From Cystobasidiomycetes sp. EMM_F5 (taxonomy: Eukaryota): a DNA stretch of 57,128 bases. Under the pieces are notes generated by a model. It was not told where the DNA came from. It searched no databases and saw nothing but the letters and a program-made list of their open reading frames with translations. Location: assembly GCA_051047955.1 (NCBI GenBank), contig JBPGPT010000024.1:186001-243128 (forward strand). The letters run 5' to 3'. This document shows, one piece after another, positions 37,741 through 51,452 of the stretch. Position 1 is the stretch's first letter. Each line of letters opens with the position of its first letter. The position numbers were made by a program, and so were the translations under genes.

Positions 37741-40444
37741 ATGCTACTCCCAACTTTCATAGCCGCGTTGCATCTAGCGACTTCCTTCTCAACGACTGCG
37801 GCCAGCCATGTCCCTGTAGGAGCTGGAAGCGGGTCTTTCAGGCTCCCGCTGGGGTCTGACAGCATCAGGCATCGAATGAAGCGCCATAACCTCGATGGGA
37901 AGAACGACATAAGTCGAAAGCTGGCTGGCGCTTCTCGTATCGAGTCCCTTGTTGCACCGACTGTTGGGCTAGCAAATTCTTCACCGATTGATGTTGTAAC
38001 TGAAAACAAGCTATCCAAGCGGGAAGCCGATCAAAGTGAGCCATGTATCTCTCTCCTTATGGCTATACGACTGACGTTCCTCCGTCTCTCCAGGCCAGGC
38101 CGACAACGACAGCTGCAAGGCAGAGGATGGCAGCACTATGCTCGGCTGTGTGATAGTCACTGGAGTGGCTGTCGTCTTCGTAGGCAAGTATACCTACTTA
38201 AACACCCTTGCATGTAAGAATCCGCCGGCTGACGATTCTTGCATTTATACTACAACAGCGGTCTTTATGACCTGGGTTGGCGTCAATGTTTACAGACTCT
38301 ACTTTGTTACCAGCCCGCTTGCCAATGAGAACATCAACGGCAAGACTGCACCTACGTATGAGGACTTTAACAAGTTGCCTGAAGACGTCAAACAATACAT
38401 CGAACAAAACACGCAAGACCCGTCCTTTCAGGCCAATCTCGACAAGGCCAAGGATGCTGGATTGATTTCAGGTCGGTTTCGATCTGCACAGCAAAGGAAA
38501 GCTCCTCCGAATGGCTTACCCTCAAACCGTTCTCAGATGATCCGAAAACAGCTGAAGCAAATTTGCGCACGTATCTCGACCAATATACCAAAAATGACGG
38601 AACTGGAATTGAAGGTCCACAAGTCCAGAATAAGCTCGCGTCCAACTATAAAGTCCTTGATGCTGCTACACAAGCCAAACTCCAGTCCGACTATCCGAAT
38701 ACTCTGGATCTGCAAGCGAGCTGGGCCAAGTTCGACCCCGTAAGCTGCATTTGCACCGCAACATTGTCATAAGCATTAATGGTCGGTTCTCCACATTTCA
38801 TCGTGATAAGATGCAAGCCGCGCAAGCTGCTGGTCTTCAACCTTACATTGGAACCAATAATCAGATTCTGCAGAGCAATTTCGACGCAGTCAATTCTGGA
38901 ATCGAATCCCTGATCAATGGGCAGCTTCAGAACCTTGCGGACACTTATAACGCTGAGTACCCCAATCAGGTTGCCGATCTAGGTGGTAACAGTCAACCGG
39001 CCCAGTCACAATCGACAGTTCCTGAATGGATGAAAGCTTTGTATGATTCTTCCAATCCTGTCGTACGTATTCGTCATGGGATTGCGTTCAATCGCCGCTG
39101 ACTAACGTTAGCCGCCATGTTCAGTTTAGAAAGTACTACTTTGAAGACGCTGTCACGTCCGGCAAGATACCAGCGGCCGTGGCAGATGCCGTCAGACCGA
39201 TCATACAAGCAGAATGGACAGAGGGATCCAAGGAAGCCGCTCAAGATCTTTACAATAATTGGTTAGACGTCACCCAAACAACAAATCCCACACCCGACAA
39301 CGTAGGCTGAAGCCATGTCATGTTTATGCTTTAACGAACTTACCCCTCTTGATTCTATACTAGTACGTCGACTTCCTCCATTCCGGTGTCCTTGAAATCT
39401 CAGGCTTCCAAGGCTTGTACAATGCCATGGACAGGACCGCCTTTGATAGTCTGGCAGCAGATCTAGGAGTACAGAATTACCAGCCCAGGTATTCCAGCCC
39501 GGGCACGACATATCGTTAGTAGCACAACTAACTTGTTTTCTGAACGCAAGATTTCCGAACGATGCGGCTGTTCCGCAAAACAATGGCGACGACAATGGCG
39601 GGAACAATGGCGATGGAGGTAATGGTCAAGACCCCTCAAAGTCCGGCAATTCGGGCACGCAGCAACAGAATGGTAATAAAGATGGAAACGCACAGCCTGA
39701 TCTTGATCCCGACTGGAGCGATGCTAGTAGTCAGTCTCCTTTACCACGATGATCGCCAAATTTGCTGATTCCCATTATTCGCTCAAGCACCTGACAAGAT
39801 TGTAGATTCAGTTGTAAACGAGCTCAAAACGAGATGGGGCATCAATGCGCCATCTGACTTTGCGTCGGCCGACAAACAGGTAATGATAACGACTTGTTGC
39901 TATCGCCGCAGCACCTAATAAATGCATATCGCGCACAGATGGCAGCTGTCTTTACTGATCTACAACAGCAGAGCAAAGCAGCCACAGGGAAAGCATGGCC
40001 ACAAGATATTGTGTCCAAAATGATTCTGCAATTGAGAGAAGCTACTGAGACCCTGTACGACAGCCTACCCGTGAGCATTGTTAGACTGAGTATTCTCATT
40101 CCTCCCGGAATCTGACTATTTTTGTACAGGGTGTCCAAGCCCAAGGTCAAGATAATGACCAGTCGCAAGAGAATCAGTCGAGCGATGAATTGTGGAATGA
40201 AGGTGGTGCTAATCAACAGCAACAGAGTAGCGGCCGGACCGCGATCAACAATGATCCTGGTACAAATGTCGACACTACCAAGCCGAATTATAATTCTGGT
40301 AATAAGCCGGGGAGCGATCCTACTACTGACAAGAGCGGCACTGATAAGACCAGCGAGACACTGCCAGATGACATACTGCCCGCAAGGAAGCGACGAGTCG
40401 TCCGTCGAGACAAGCGTCAGGCTCCTGTGCGGCTGTCGTTGTAA
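37741..40444 (+). CDS. Gene A2: paralog of A1
   Basis: MLLPTFIAALHLATSFSTTAA, RMKR, LSKR-EAD, GCVIVTGVAVVFVAVFMTWVGVNVYRLYF, and tail LPARKRRVVRRDKRQAPVRLSL*. Introns at the same positions as A1. Confidence 0.85.
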
Positions 40445-40783
40445 CAGACAGAAACTCCTCTCGATTTCTTCGTAGATGGCCTGAGTTAGGTCTGTTACAT
40501 GTCGCCTGTTATAACTCCGTATTTGATCGACCTCAGATGCTCTGGTCTACTGTCCGGGAAAGATTAGTAATGATTAAGTAGAGTAGCGATCTTCGCGGAA
40601 ATGCAGAGTTTGAGAATGCAAGATCTGAAGTTACAAAAATTTAGCGCTATAGGTGCCGTTCCAATAATAGCGCACACGTATTGTTTACAGCCCTCCGACT
40701 GGCCAGACTCGCTTAGTTCACTACGGAAGTTGTTGTTGGTCAACACACCTAGCTACATGTTGCTCTCTCTGCCGCTTACGTCA

Positions 40784-43700
40784 TCATTGTCGCGACCCAC
40801 CTCGTGCGGCAGCGACCGGGTTATATTTCGTGGTCGATGCATCGCAATTGTAATCTGAGACTGCAGCAGCTGTCAGAGGAGCTCCCGACCGTCATATGTC
40901 ACTTGACGCTTACATAGATTATCATAGTGAATATACCTTGAGATGCACGTTGACTGAGCACAGCTGGCAGCTCCGTATGCCCCAGCAGCCCCGCCAAAGT
41001 TACAAACCCGTTTTTGCAAATGAGCATTTCTCTTCCAAGGGTATCCCATTGGCACTGGGCAGCTTGGCCTACGATGAACAGACGTCAATGAGAGATTTGG
41101 CGGGAACGAAGATGTATTCTACCTCGCTTGAGCTTCATGGTACGCTTCGCTGCAGAACTTGTATCCTTGAGGCCATAGTGGTCCAGAGCACGTATTGTAC
41201 GAGCCACTGGTCGAACCCATCTCTGCAGGACGTTATGTGAGCTCTATCCCCGGATCAACTAGCCTTGCACGTACGATTTGCGCAGTAATAGGAGATGCCC
41301 TCCAAGGTGTCGCAGTCGACGGGCGCATTGGAATCCTTGCAATACTGCTTAAGTTGTTGGTCGTCAACGTCGCACACAGGGATGTTGACAACACAGGTGT
41401 CTGTTGCAAGACGGCCAGTGAAACCGATGGGTTGCGGGAAATCCTTTGGGTCACTGCTAAGTGGGAAGCCACCCCAGGGGTTTACCGTTTTATTTGTTGA
41501 GCAACTGAGTGCAGCATTAAATCTATGTAGAAGTGTGTCAGAACACGTCAAGTACCTCGCGATTAGTAAAAGGCTCACAATACGTCCAGACTGAATCCGT
41601 ATTCCTCTCCAGTTGCAATACTGTCCAATTGATCAGACGTCAGTCCGACGCCGATACTAGCATCGTATATGGCTGCAGCCTGTACGTCGCAAGGCGCTGG
41701 TCAGATCGCGAGCGCCAAAACCGCGTTGACTTTACATACAGGGCAACCATCGAGATCTGAGATCGGCCAGAAAGTCTGTTCCCAATATGTAGCGTAGTAT
41801 AGGCGACTATCGATGCAGGTAGCGCTATTCGCTGATGCCGCTGTACCCTTCAAGGCCGTCTGACAAGAAGCTGCATCTCCATAGTCTTTGGTAGTGAAGA
41901 ATATCTTTCGGTCGCGGAAAATCTGTAAATGCAATACTTAGCCCCCTGAAATCATGACTCGCAATGAAGGAAGCCGACGTCGGTAAGCAAGTTCGCCATC
42001 AAGTATGCCACCATAGTGTCGACACTGGCGTAGCTAGGAAATGCGTGGATCAGTGAGTTCACCATGCCTGGCTTGGACAGAAGTTCGTGAACAGTGTCAT
42101 AGTCTGTAATAAGTGAGACGACTTGATTAGCTTGGCGAATTATGCAGTAGTCCGGTCAAACCCACTTTGGAAACGATTAGTAACGACCAGATTTTGCTGC
42201 TTCGTATAGTGGTCCTGATTGGAATATGTAAGTCATTGACATTTTGCACACACTGGCCTGACACGCACGACTATAGGATCCAGGGTTGCCCTGTATGACG
42301 CCGCGTTGAGGTCAGGTTCTAATACGAAATCTGGTCAGCCAGTGCAGCTATGCGCTGTTCGTATAAGAGTGCAACAAGTACCCGGTGCCATGGGGTCCGT
42401 CTTGGTTTGCGCATTGTACCATGTCATGACGCCCGAGTTGGCAATCATGAGGAGCATATCCAAGGGCATCGTTTCCGGGACGGCAAGCATCATTATTCCG
42501 AGCAAACCATTCATGATACTGTAATGATAAATGGCTGTCAGCTGCAGTATGCCAAACCTACTTCGCAGTAGACGTCACTCACGTTGATGCGAGTTGCACT
42601 GTGAAGGTTCGGCATTGGATTTAGCGGATTATGCGTAGACACAAGACAAAGCAATCCGTACCTGGATCCATTGTATTGTTTTTCGCCTGCTGGCTCAAGC
42701 CAAACCCATTCACTATGTTGTCCATGAGATTGTCGACATGCACGATAGCAGTGTTCGCATTCGTGATAAGGTTCCACCTGACAGGGCCGAACATCGCGTC
42801 AAATTTTGCATAAATATTACGCTAGGACATACGCACGCAATGTTGTTATAGTTGCTCAGAGCCTCCAAGATTAGATCTGCGACATATGCTCGTAAGTCGA
42901 AATTGAACTATGCCTCCATCAGTACAAATGCTCACAAGCACCCATTTGGTCTGTGGGGCCATGCAGACGTGAGCATCTCTGTTATCCCGGCACGACAGAA
43001 AACAACTCTCTTACCTTGCCGATAATACAGATCGGTAGTTCCGGGAGGCGTATAAGGGGAAACAGGTGTATTAATTGTGCATTCTGCCGCTCTGAAGAGT
43101 GTTCCGACGGATCAATCACAAGCAACGTGGACTAATATGTGGAGCAAACCTACGGGGTACAGTCAAAGGTGTATCCGTTCTTCAGCTTGGCTGCAAATGC
43201 ATGCGTGAAGGTAGTTGAAGAAGTGCTGCAGAGTAGAAAGGGTTCAAGATCAGATTGAGCGGTATTTGCGACATGTTCTGAAGCAGTAGAGACGTACTCC
43301 ATGGTGTCAAGCCCGTGTTTCTTGGAAAAGGTGGTGAACCAGTCGAGAACGTTGCATTTCTCTGCGATTGAGCGAAATATGAGCGAAGTGCGAGCTACAT
43401 TCTTATTACACCTCTCTTTGCCCGTACCGAAAACGCCTTTGAGGGCAGAGGCAGTTGGATCATCCAATGTGTAACAGAAATCATCCTGTGTAAGAAGGCA
43501 AATGTCAGCCAGTCTGTCCTAGCTATCCAAGTGGTGCGTAAAAAAACCTCGAGGGCAGAACACTCATTGAAGAGCGAATCCCAGTACCCCATAGCACCCA
43601 GTCCACAATCTTGACAAGCACCTTGATAGCAAGTTGTCTGGCCAAGTTGGTCTTTTGTGGTGCACGCCAGACCTATACCTCCACAGTTTTTGATATCTGA

Positions 43701-44442
43701 TGATATATCAATACATTTGCCACTATTGGGATCTTTGACTGAGCCGGCAGCACATTGAGCATCGCTGTCCCACAAAATAAATAGAGATGTGTAAGCAGGT
43801 CCGGAAGAAGCTGGAGTATCAGAATCTGCGTTACTCGCCATTTGCCCGTCGCGCAAGGTGCAATACTGGAGGACGTTGCCGAAGTTACAGAAACTGATGA
43901 TGAAGACGAGGATGAGCTTGATGAGCGACTGATGGAGGAAGACGACGTGGAAGTGGCAGTAGCCGACACAGTAGAGATAGTGGACGACGTGGATGAGGAT
44001 ACCCGTGCAACAGACGTGGACGTCGTGCTGGGAGTAAAGAAAGATGCGGGTTTGGTGGTAGCGCTTTCTGCAGTCGACGACGTCGAGTAGGCGCTGCTCG
44101 TCAACGGAGCTCCCTTGGACGATGACCAGCTCGCGGAGGAGGACGAGTCCGATTTCCGAATGTCGGCTGCTGTTGTAGCAGAGGACGACCATGCATTCTT
44201 CGCAGTGGAAGAATTGGCGCTACCACCACGACGCGCCAGGCGTCTGAAGTGGGAGCCGTTACGGTCGTTATTATTCAGATGTCGACCACCATGATGTTGA
44301 TTCCCTTCGACGGCTGTGAATGAAGTACGTTCAAACCACGCGATATAGTTAGAACTTCAAATATCAGACGAGTTGATCAATACTTACTGGCGTAAATGGA
44401 CAAGACGACCAGGAGGATTGTTGATGGGGAGATGGCGAGCAT
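40784..44442 (-). CDS. Gene B2: paralog of B1
   Basis: MLAISPSTILLVVLSIYA signal, RRLARR, S/T stalk, CIDISSDIKNCGGIGLAC, and C-terminus WKRNAHLQKR-VCNFGG...AARGGSRQ* (stop 40786-40784). Confidence 0.85.
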
Positions 44443-45045
44443 AGTGTCTCCACCCTAGGTCCAGCTAGCGGGGGAGGTTTGGAAAGTGAATGCGGTCAGT
44501 ACGTCAAGAGGATACTCCAGATATCCACAAGGACGTCCGCAAGATCGGTTTCTCCATTCTACGCCCGCCCATTGTTATTGTTCCTTCAGCCTTCAGGGAC
44601 GACCACCTGCCATATCCGTGCGACGACATCGCCAGCTGGGAAAGGCAGTACAGCCTGGGCAGACAGAACAAGACACATGGCGGTGTAAGCTGAGTGCGAA
44701 TGTGTATGTACCGTCAGCTTGCGGATCAGCGAGCAAAGCGGTCAGCATCATGATGTCCATGTGTTCAGAATTGCTTGTGACCAGTTTCGAATACAGACAC
44801 TGGAACACCTCGACGGTGTACGAGCATTCCGATTAGCCATGCCAGGTCTTGTCTGGTCTGTGTTACTTATCATTTTCATTCATTGGTGGTCTGGCAGTCT
44901 GGCAACCCAAGACCAGCTCAATGAAGCCTATCGTGATGTCCACCACCAACTCCCTGTCCGTAATAATCTTCCAGCATACTATCGTCGCGACAATTGATGT
45001 ACAACTAAAACTAAATGCCTATTATCTACTCTTGGCGCTGCGGAT

Positions 45046-47113
45046 CTATTGCCTTCTCGCCGGCGCAGAGGTTGCAGCTGTTGGTCCAGGACTGTGACCC
45101 CTAGCATTACTCTGAGCTTTCCTGGGTGGCAGAGTATCATCGTTGTTGTTTGAAGTCCCTACACTTCCACCTCCCGTCGAAGCATTGAGTCCCAGCTTCT
45201 GCCGACTTCGAGACTGCCTCACATCTTTCGAAGTATTGCTAGCGGGCAGTGGTGCAGCGGCAGCCAAAACGGGATTTGCTGCACCTCCAGTGTTCGATAG
45301 TGTCCGCGCTGGTGCAACAGCTGGAACCGTAGCAACAGCGACTGGAGAGACGGCCGGAGTAGCTTTTGCGACCACTGTCACAGCTGCAACCACACCAGCT
45401 TTCCAATGGCCCTTGTTATTGATTCGCTCTAATTCTCTCGGATCTTGCGGTCTGCGAGAAGGACACAAATTAAGCTTCACTTTGTTGCTGCCAAGAATAC
45501 CAGACCAACCTCAACCTCAACCATTGCATTCGTGGACCAGACCTCGCCCTCTCAGACACCTTGAACCCATAGATCCTGGGAATATATATCTTTGCTGCGC
45601 TAGTCACGCTTGTCGACCATGGTACCTCGCCATCACCCGATATATCTGCCATTGCGCTATCGTCAATCACAGCGGCACCGCCTGTCGACTTGCTTGTGTC
45701 TACAGTGCTATTTTGTCGACTGCGCTGATCTGGAGCTGGGGAAGTAGGAGCAGAGGAGGGAGGAGCTGTACTCGTTGTTTGCGTAACCAAGCCATTATTG
45801 AGCGGAGGCACCAACTCGGGATGTTGTTGGAATAGAAGATGAGGAAAAGTCGTGCCGAAGAAAGCGCCGTCGACGCCATTGAAGCGAGAAGAAGGTGGCG
45901 TATAGGTATCTAGACAGTTGGGACAAAATAGCTTGACGCCATCCACACCGGGTAGATCTGAGCGACCACTTGGGAGTACACGGGTCTGGTTGCAGAATAC
46001 CCTTGGACAGTAGCCGAAATGCGCATTCTCGTATTTCGTCACCATCTGTGCGAGACCTTGACGCGTCAGAATATATCGCTGGTGGATCAGACCATACAAG
46101 AGCTCTGCCGACGACTCGACAATGGACATGTCTGGTATCTTGAGCGCTTCCTCCTCTGCAGCACATCATGCTAGGTCAGCACACTCAATGTCGCGTATAT
46201 ACAGAGAGTCGACGAACCTGGCTCAACATCCAAAACCATCTCTAGCGCTTCTTTGTAGAATGGTACCAGCTGACTCAGCCCTGTTAGATTAAAGTCGTCT
46301 TCGATAAAGTCTTCTGTTACTTCGGCAAAGTCTGTGGGTTGTATACATAAGCCAGCGAAGAAGGCATCGCCATAGGACAACTTACACTCATGCCCAGGAA
46401 GAGAGCAATACCAGGAGATCCAAGTTAAGCTATCTGTGCCAGATTGTGATGATGATTCTGTTGATTTGGCGTATGTCAGAAACGATCTGCAGGCAAGTAG
46501 TACGACATGCTTTCAACATACCATACTCTTCTTCTTCGTCATCTTCCTCTTCCTCCTCCTCTTCTTCCTCGTCGTCCTCTCCCGCTATCGCCATTTCCTC
46601 GCCTAGGGCGTCCAGAATCTCTTCACCAACAAAATCCTCCTCGTCGAGCTCCTCCTCCGCTGGCTCGTCACCGTCCTGAAGACCTGTCCCAGCTTGCCCT
46701 GTCGGCTTGTAGATTTCCCACTGCGGACTGCCAGTACGCTCTGCCGAGTTTCTGTTGCTTCTGCCTGGCTGCCCTAGGGCTTCCTCGTCTGGGACATCCT
46801 CCTCGAGCGCTTCGTCATCGTCTTGCCCTACCATCACAGAGTCGTTGTGGGCATTGAGCGTAGGATTGGGCGCCTGGTGAGACGAGGATCGACGACGGGA
46901 ACTGCCAGACTGTGCGCCCGGCGACCCAGCTGGATGGCCCGCGTGCTGCTGCTGGCGTTTGCTAGACTGAGAATGGGAAGTTGTCGGGGCTGTAGAAATC
47001 TCAGAGTACGTCGTTGTGCTGGCTGCTGTTGGAGCGTTTGTTGCAAAAGGAGAGCCCGCAGACGATGGCCCAGCTTCAGCGAGGAGCCGGGCAGAAGCGC
47101 GCCTGGATCCCAT
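45046..47113 (-). CDS. CKB1: Casein kinase II regulatory beta subunit, multi-exon
   Basis: LTWISWYCSLPGHE, FAEVTEDFIEDDFNLTGL, SAELLYGLIHQRYILT, zinc ribbon FGYCPRVFC...VKLFCPNCLDTY, DGAFFGTTFPHL, and YIPRIYGFKVSERARSGPRMQWLR. Confidence 0.95.
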
Positions 47114-47905
47114 GGCGCCGAGCAGTTATGGCGTGTAACTTCCTCGATGAGCTGGTGCTGCTGTCCACTGGCCAGGTCGGTCTGAGCTGCCCAGCTTTCG
47201 CGAGTTTGAATTATCAGTTGACGGTCAACAATTTCGAAAGCGTCCGACAGGAAATGGCTGGACGCCCTACGCTGATACGGCGACAGCGGCGAGTGCTTGC
47301 TGCAGCTCAAGAGCACGGCAGCTGGTCATTTGCTTCGAGTTGGGCGATATCCAAAGTCGAGAATGGCCTCCAAGTTGGCCTTTGACCGACAGCTCTGCCT
47401 CGAGATTCGCAAACTTCGGCAGAGTACTGCACAGCTCTGACTCTACTGACCAGACTGACCAGACTTATGCGCTGGGGCGCTTTCTGACGCCCGGCGAAAT
47501 GGTTGCACAAGCTATTGAATGTCTGACAGTTTCCCATTCGAAGACTGAACTGCTTTTCCATTGTCGTCGGACTATTGGATTATGCCGATTACGCTGGTGT
47601 GGTACACTTTACAGGTGCCGCCGACAAAGATACGTTTCTGTCATTACCTATAGCCTGTTTTGTGCTTGACAATGGGTCGCACTGCAGACAGACCGACCAC
47701 GATACATTTCAACGCAAGACGTTGCGCGTTGTAGCTAATCTGGCCAGCATGCCGCTCTAATCAGACTTTGTTGGTCAGAAAGTCCCTCCGGCGGCAGAAA
47801 AGATTGCTACATTCGCGGTAGAAGCGTATGGCCATACAAGCGGACAGCATGCTACACATTCTGTTATACTCCAGCGTATACTGCACTTAGCTTCAAATCC
47901 CTCTG

Positions 47906-49218
47906 CTATACTTTTTCCAAGACTTGCGCCTCAATGTCCGAATAGTCGTTGGACGGGCCAAGCTGTATCGTGCTTTCCCACGTTTCCGGAGCGTCCCACG
48001 ATGACGTTGCCATCGACGTAATCTGTACGGCAGGTTTATTGTTTCTGCGGATATGAGCATCTCTTGCGGGTCGGAAGTCACGTTCTTCTGCCAGCTCTGG
48101 CGCCTGTACGATTTGGAATATGCCTTCACCGGACCGCGATGACGAAGACGTCGGATGGCGCAGTGATCCTAGCTTGGCACCCTTGGACACTCGTGTCGAG
48201 CCATTCTCGCTTGTAAAGCCAGGGACGAGTCCCCGTTGTCTGGCTGTCGTGCCTTCGATGCAGTATACCAGCGAGAAGAGGTATAACGACGGAATACACG
48301 CTGTGGGATGAGTAGTAGTGATGTCAGAGTATGACTTCTCGAGAGTCGAGCGAAGAACTCACGCTGAGCCAAGAGCGACCAATTGATGAGGACATAGTTC
48401 TGATAAGTTGCGATATAGATTACTGCAGCTGCAATGTTGACGATGGTAGGCACCAGAAATGTCTCGAACGTGAGACGAATCATAGAATTGACGTAGCCAT
48501 CTGTCCTGCTACTGAAGCCCTGCTTCAATGCGCGGAGATGCACGCTCAATAGACCGGTGATAGCTAGATCAACGCCAACACTGCTCCACAACCAGAGTTC
48601 CGAGGCGTAGTAAATGTTTGTCGTGTCTAAGGATGCGGCATCGGGTCCCATCAGAGGATAAGCAGATACTGTCATCCATATAGCACCGCTGAAGCTTGCA
48701 CAAAGACCAATTCCCAGCAGTGTCAGAACGAGCATACCGCGCTTGACGACCTTGTAGCATCTTAGAGTGAGGATAATCTGGCTAGTCACGCCAGCAGCAC
48801 CAGTAAGGACAGGCGCGGCAACGTCTGCGGCCCGATAGTAGCTGAAGCCATCGACAGATCTGTCCTGCGTGCACGCGTATATGGCCACTTCGATAGCGTT
48901 CACGAGGGCAGCTGCAATATTGAGCAGTATTGCAGCCAACAGCAGCTGCCAGCCAAAGGTTATGCTTCCGAGGGCTTTTACAGATTTTCTGCGCCGTAGT
49001 AGACGCAAAGCTCGGTCTGTCACTATGCCGCATAGTAGGACTTGAAGCGTCCTGCGGAGCAAGTCAGTCTTTGCCGTCTGACATGTTGTGTACTGCTCGA
49101 CCTACCAACCAATCGCGAGCGGCACCATCAGCATAGTCGCTTCGTACGGTGTCGCCGGCGGCCATACATTGCTGTCGGTAAGCCTGGGATCATCGAGACC
49201 AGTGGGAGCATCCGCCAT
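47906..49218 (-). CDS. Multi-pass membrane protein, DUF6534-like basidiomycete family
   Basis: Several TM segments plus LWLWSSVGVDLAITGLLSVHLRALKQGFSSRTDGYVNSMIRLTFET...IPSLYLFSLVY. Start MADAPTG at 49218. Confidence 0.75.
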
Positions 49219-49940
49219 ACTGCGACTGCTTGGTATCGACAAGGCGAAGGTACAACGGAGATGGCAGACGTGGTAAAGAAGTGGAGTTGACGTCTGAAGT
49301 GTCAATTAGGTGCTGCAGGATATGTTAGGACTAGCCGCGTCATGCAGGAAGCAACGCTATTGACGCGCGGGACCTGGAGCCGAGGTCAGCATGAAACAAA
49401 GTTTGGGTCTCGACATCGATATCCCGCTCAGCTCTTGATACAAAGTTGACTTGTTCGGATAACGGCATTACGATGTAACTGTCAGTGTCCAGGCTGGCAG
49501 CTGTCCCTGCAGAGTCGGCCCGCCCTCCTATGACAGATGGACGCATTAGGCAGCTACAGGTACGCCAAAGCCCAGAACCTAGAGCTAGATGAAGCTGAAT
49601 ACTCAGATGATGGCTGAAGTTGTGAGCTGTCATCTCGACGTGCATATCAAAATTGCCGAGGGATGACTGCAGAACTGGCAGATGATACCCAACTTGAAGC
49701 GGGGCTGATATTACGAGTATATCGGTGGAAACAAGGCTGACCGTAATTGACTATCAGGAGGCTTCATCATAGTCTTGCGATTAAGCGACATGTCTATCAC
49801 GGCGGGCAGGCCGAGTCGTCGAAAAGCCATGGAGCGCCAGGCGCGGTAGGCGGAGAACAACAAGACGGAACGTTGCAAATACATAACAACAGACAAGAAG
49901 CTCGAAGTGTAATACTATGTACGTGCTGACAAGTACACAA

Positions 49941-50910
49941 TCAAGCAGATGCCTTCTTCTTTGGACTGTACCGCGCAAACCGATTCTTGATGACGCGGAG
50001 TTTGCCAACATGCGCAATAGCAGGTTTGGTCAACCCATCGTCGAGTACGCGTCGATACGCGCCGCCTTGGACATTGATGGACTTTCCGAGGTTTGCATTG
50101 CCAGCTTTACGACAGGCCATTACATTCTTGCGCCGACGGATATCGGTGACAGACCAGTACATTTTCTGCTCTTCTGGGTGGAGCGCAACGGAGACTGCCA
50201 TTGGGCCTGGTAAATCGAGAGCATATCAGTGCTGGTCGAGTGAGGATTACGGAGAAACACGCTCACCGGCTAGAAAGAGTGAAAGCGGCATGCTGCTACA
50301 CGAATTGCCGTCCGCGTCGAGAATGTCAACAGTGTCTCCAGAGTCTGACTGTACGATAGACATTGTCCAGACTGGGCCGTCATCGGCAATGACCTGCGAG
50401 GAGAACACGCTAGTCAGAGACACTGCATTAGAAGCTGGAGCAGAGCCTACTTGGGCGAGATGGAAGAATCCAGGCTGAGCCGAAGCTTGTTGAAGCATCA
50501 TCGTGAAGAGCACGGCTGTGGGACGAACAACATCAATATCCGTCTACAATCGTTCAATACGGAATACATGCAAACTCACTCGAAGGCGTATCATGGTCGA
50601 TATCCGGAGATCCCACAAAGTTTCTCTGACGAGGCGTAGCACCGGGATGGTCGCTCATATCATCCAATTGACCATCCGGAGCGAGCTTAAAAGTGACGCA
50701 GGGGCTGGACAAGCCGAATCTACGAGGGCACTGGTCGATAGCCGCAAAGCTGGTGGATATGAGCTTGTTGGCTGTGTCGCCCAGTAGCGACAGGTAGCGG
50801 ACCCCAGATGTACGGCCATTGTACACGACGCCTTTTGACAGCGACGTAATGACATCGGCGCTGGCCAGGGATGCCAGAGTGAGGGCGACGAGAATGCGAG
50901 TGGATGCCAT
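49941..50910 (-). CDS. Secreted protein, possibly polysaccharide-lyase-like beta-jelly-roll fold
   Basis: Signal peptide MASTRILVALTLASLASA. Three exons. Motifs PRQRN, FFHLAQV and QGGAYR occur in the order of the R-x-E, Q-(I/V)-H and K-x-G-x-Y regions of PL7/PL20-like proteins. Confidence 0.55.
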
Positions 50911-51452
50911 TTGAAGTGTGAATGTCGAAATGTAGAATATTGTAAGCGAATGCGGAATGTAAATGGGAAAGCTGCACAAGTCAGAGTCTCAACAAACGCA
51001 ATCCAGGGTGTGCTAGTTGTTTGTCAGCTCGGCACTGGCAGGGGTCCAGCCATTTTATTTTACAAAACATGGATCGCGTTCAGCCCCGTCGCGTAAAGTG
51101 TGGCTTGTTGCGAGTGGATTAGGAATCAGAGCAACAGCGTGGTAACATTCAAATTTAGAACATATCTGGCGATATCGACCCACGCTTCGTGACATGGGTT
51201 GATGCCGGGACAGCGCAATTCTGGTAATTGACGGAAGACAAAGTGGAGACAAACTCAATCGAATTGACAGCACTCATCAAGCATCTGGTATCTAGATTCT
51301 AGCGATACAAATATTGTGCGTCTTCTGCGTACGGTTCAGATGGCAGACATCGAGCAGACGTGTTTGCGCTCCCACTCGACAGTAATAGAAGGCGAAGTTT
51401 ACTGACCAACAGACGGCTGAGTAACCGAGTACTGCTTTCACGTCGAGACCCT

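Larger units (their letters stand above)
37400..44820. repeat. Tandem segmental duplication, copy 2 (gene A2 + gene B2); ends approximate
   Basis: Colinear with 29520-37310, with the same exon-intron structure. Confidence 0.93.

Noticed and set aside
29520..44820. Transposon or LTR element explaining the large direct repeat
   Set aside because: No transposase, RT, integrase or tyrosine recombinase motifs and no terminal repeats seen. The repeats consist of intron-rich cellular genes.
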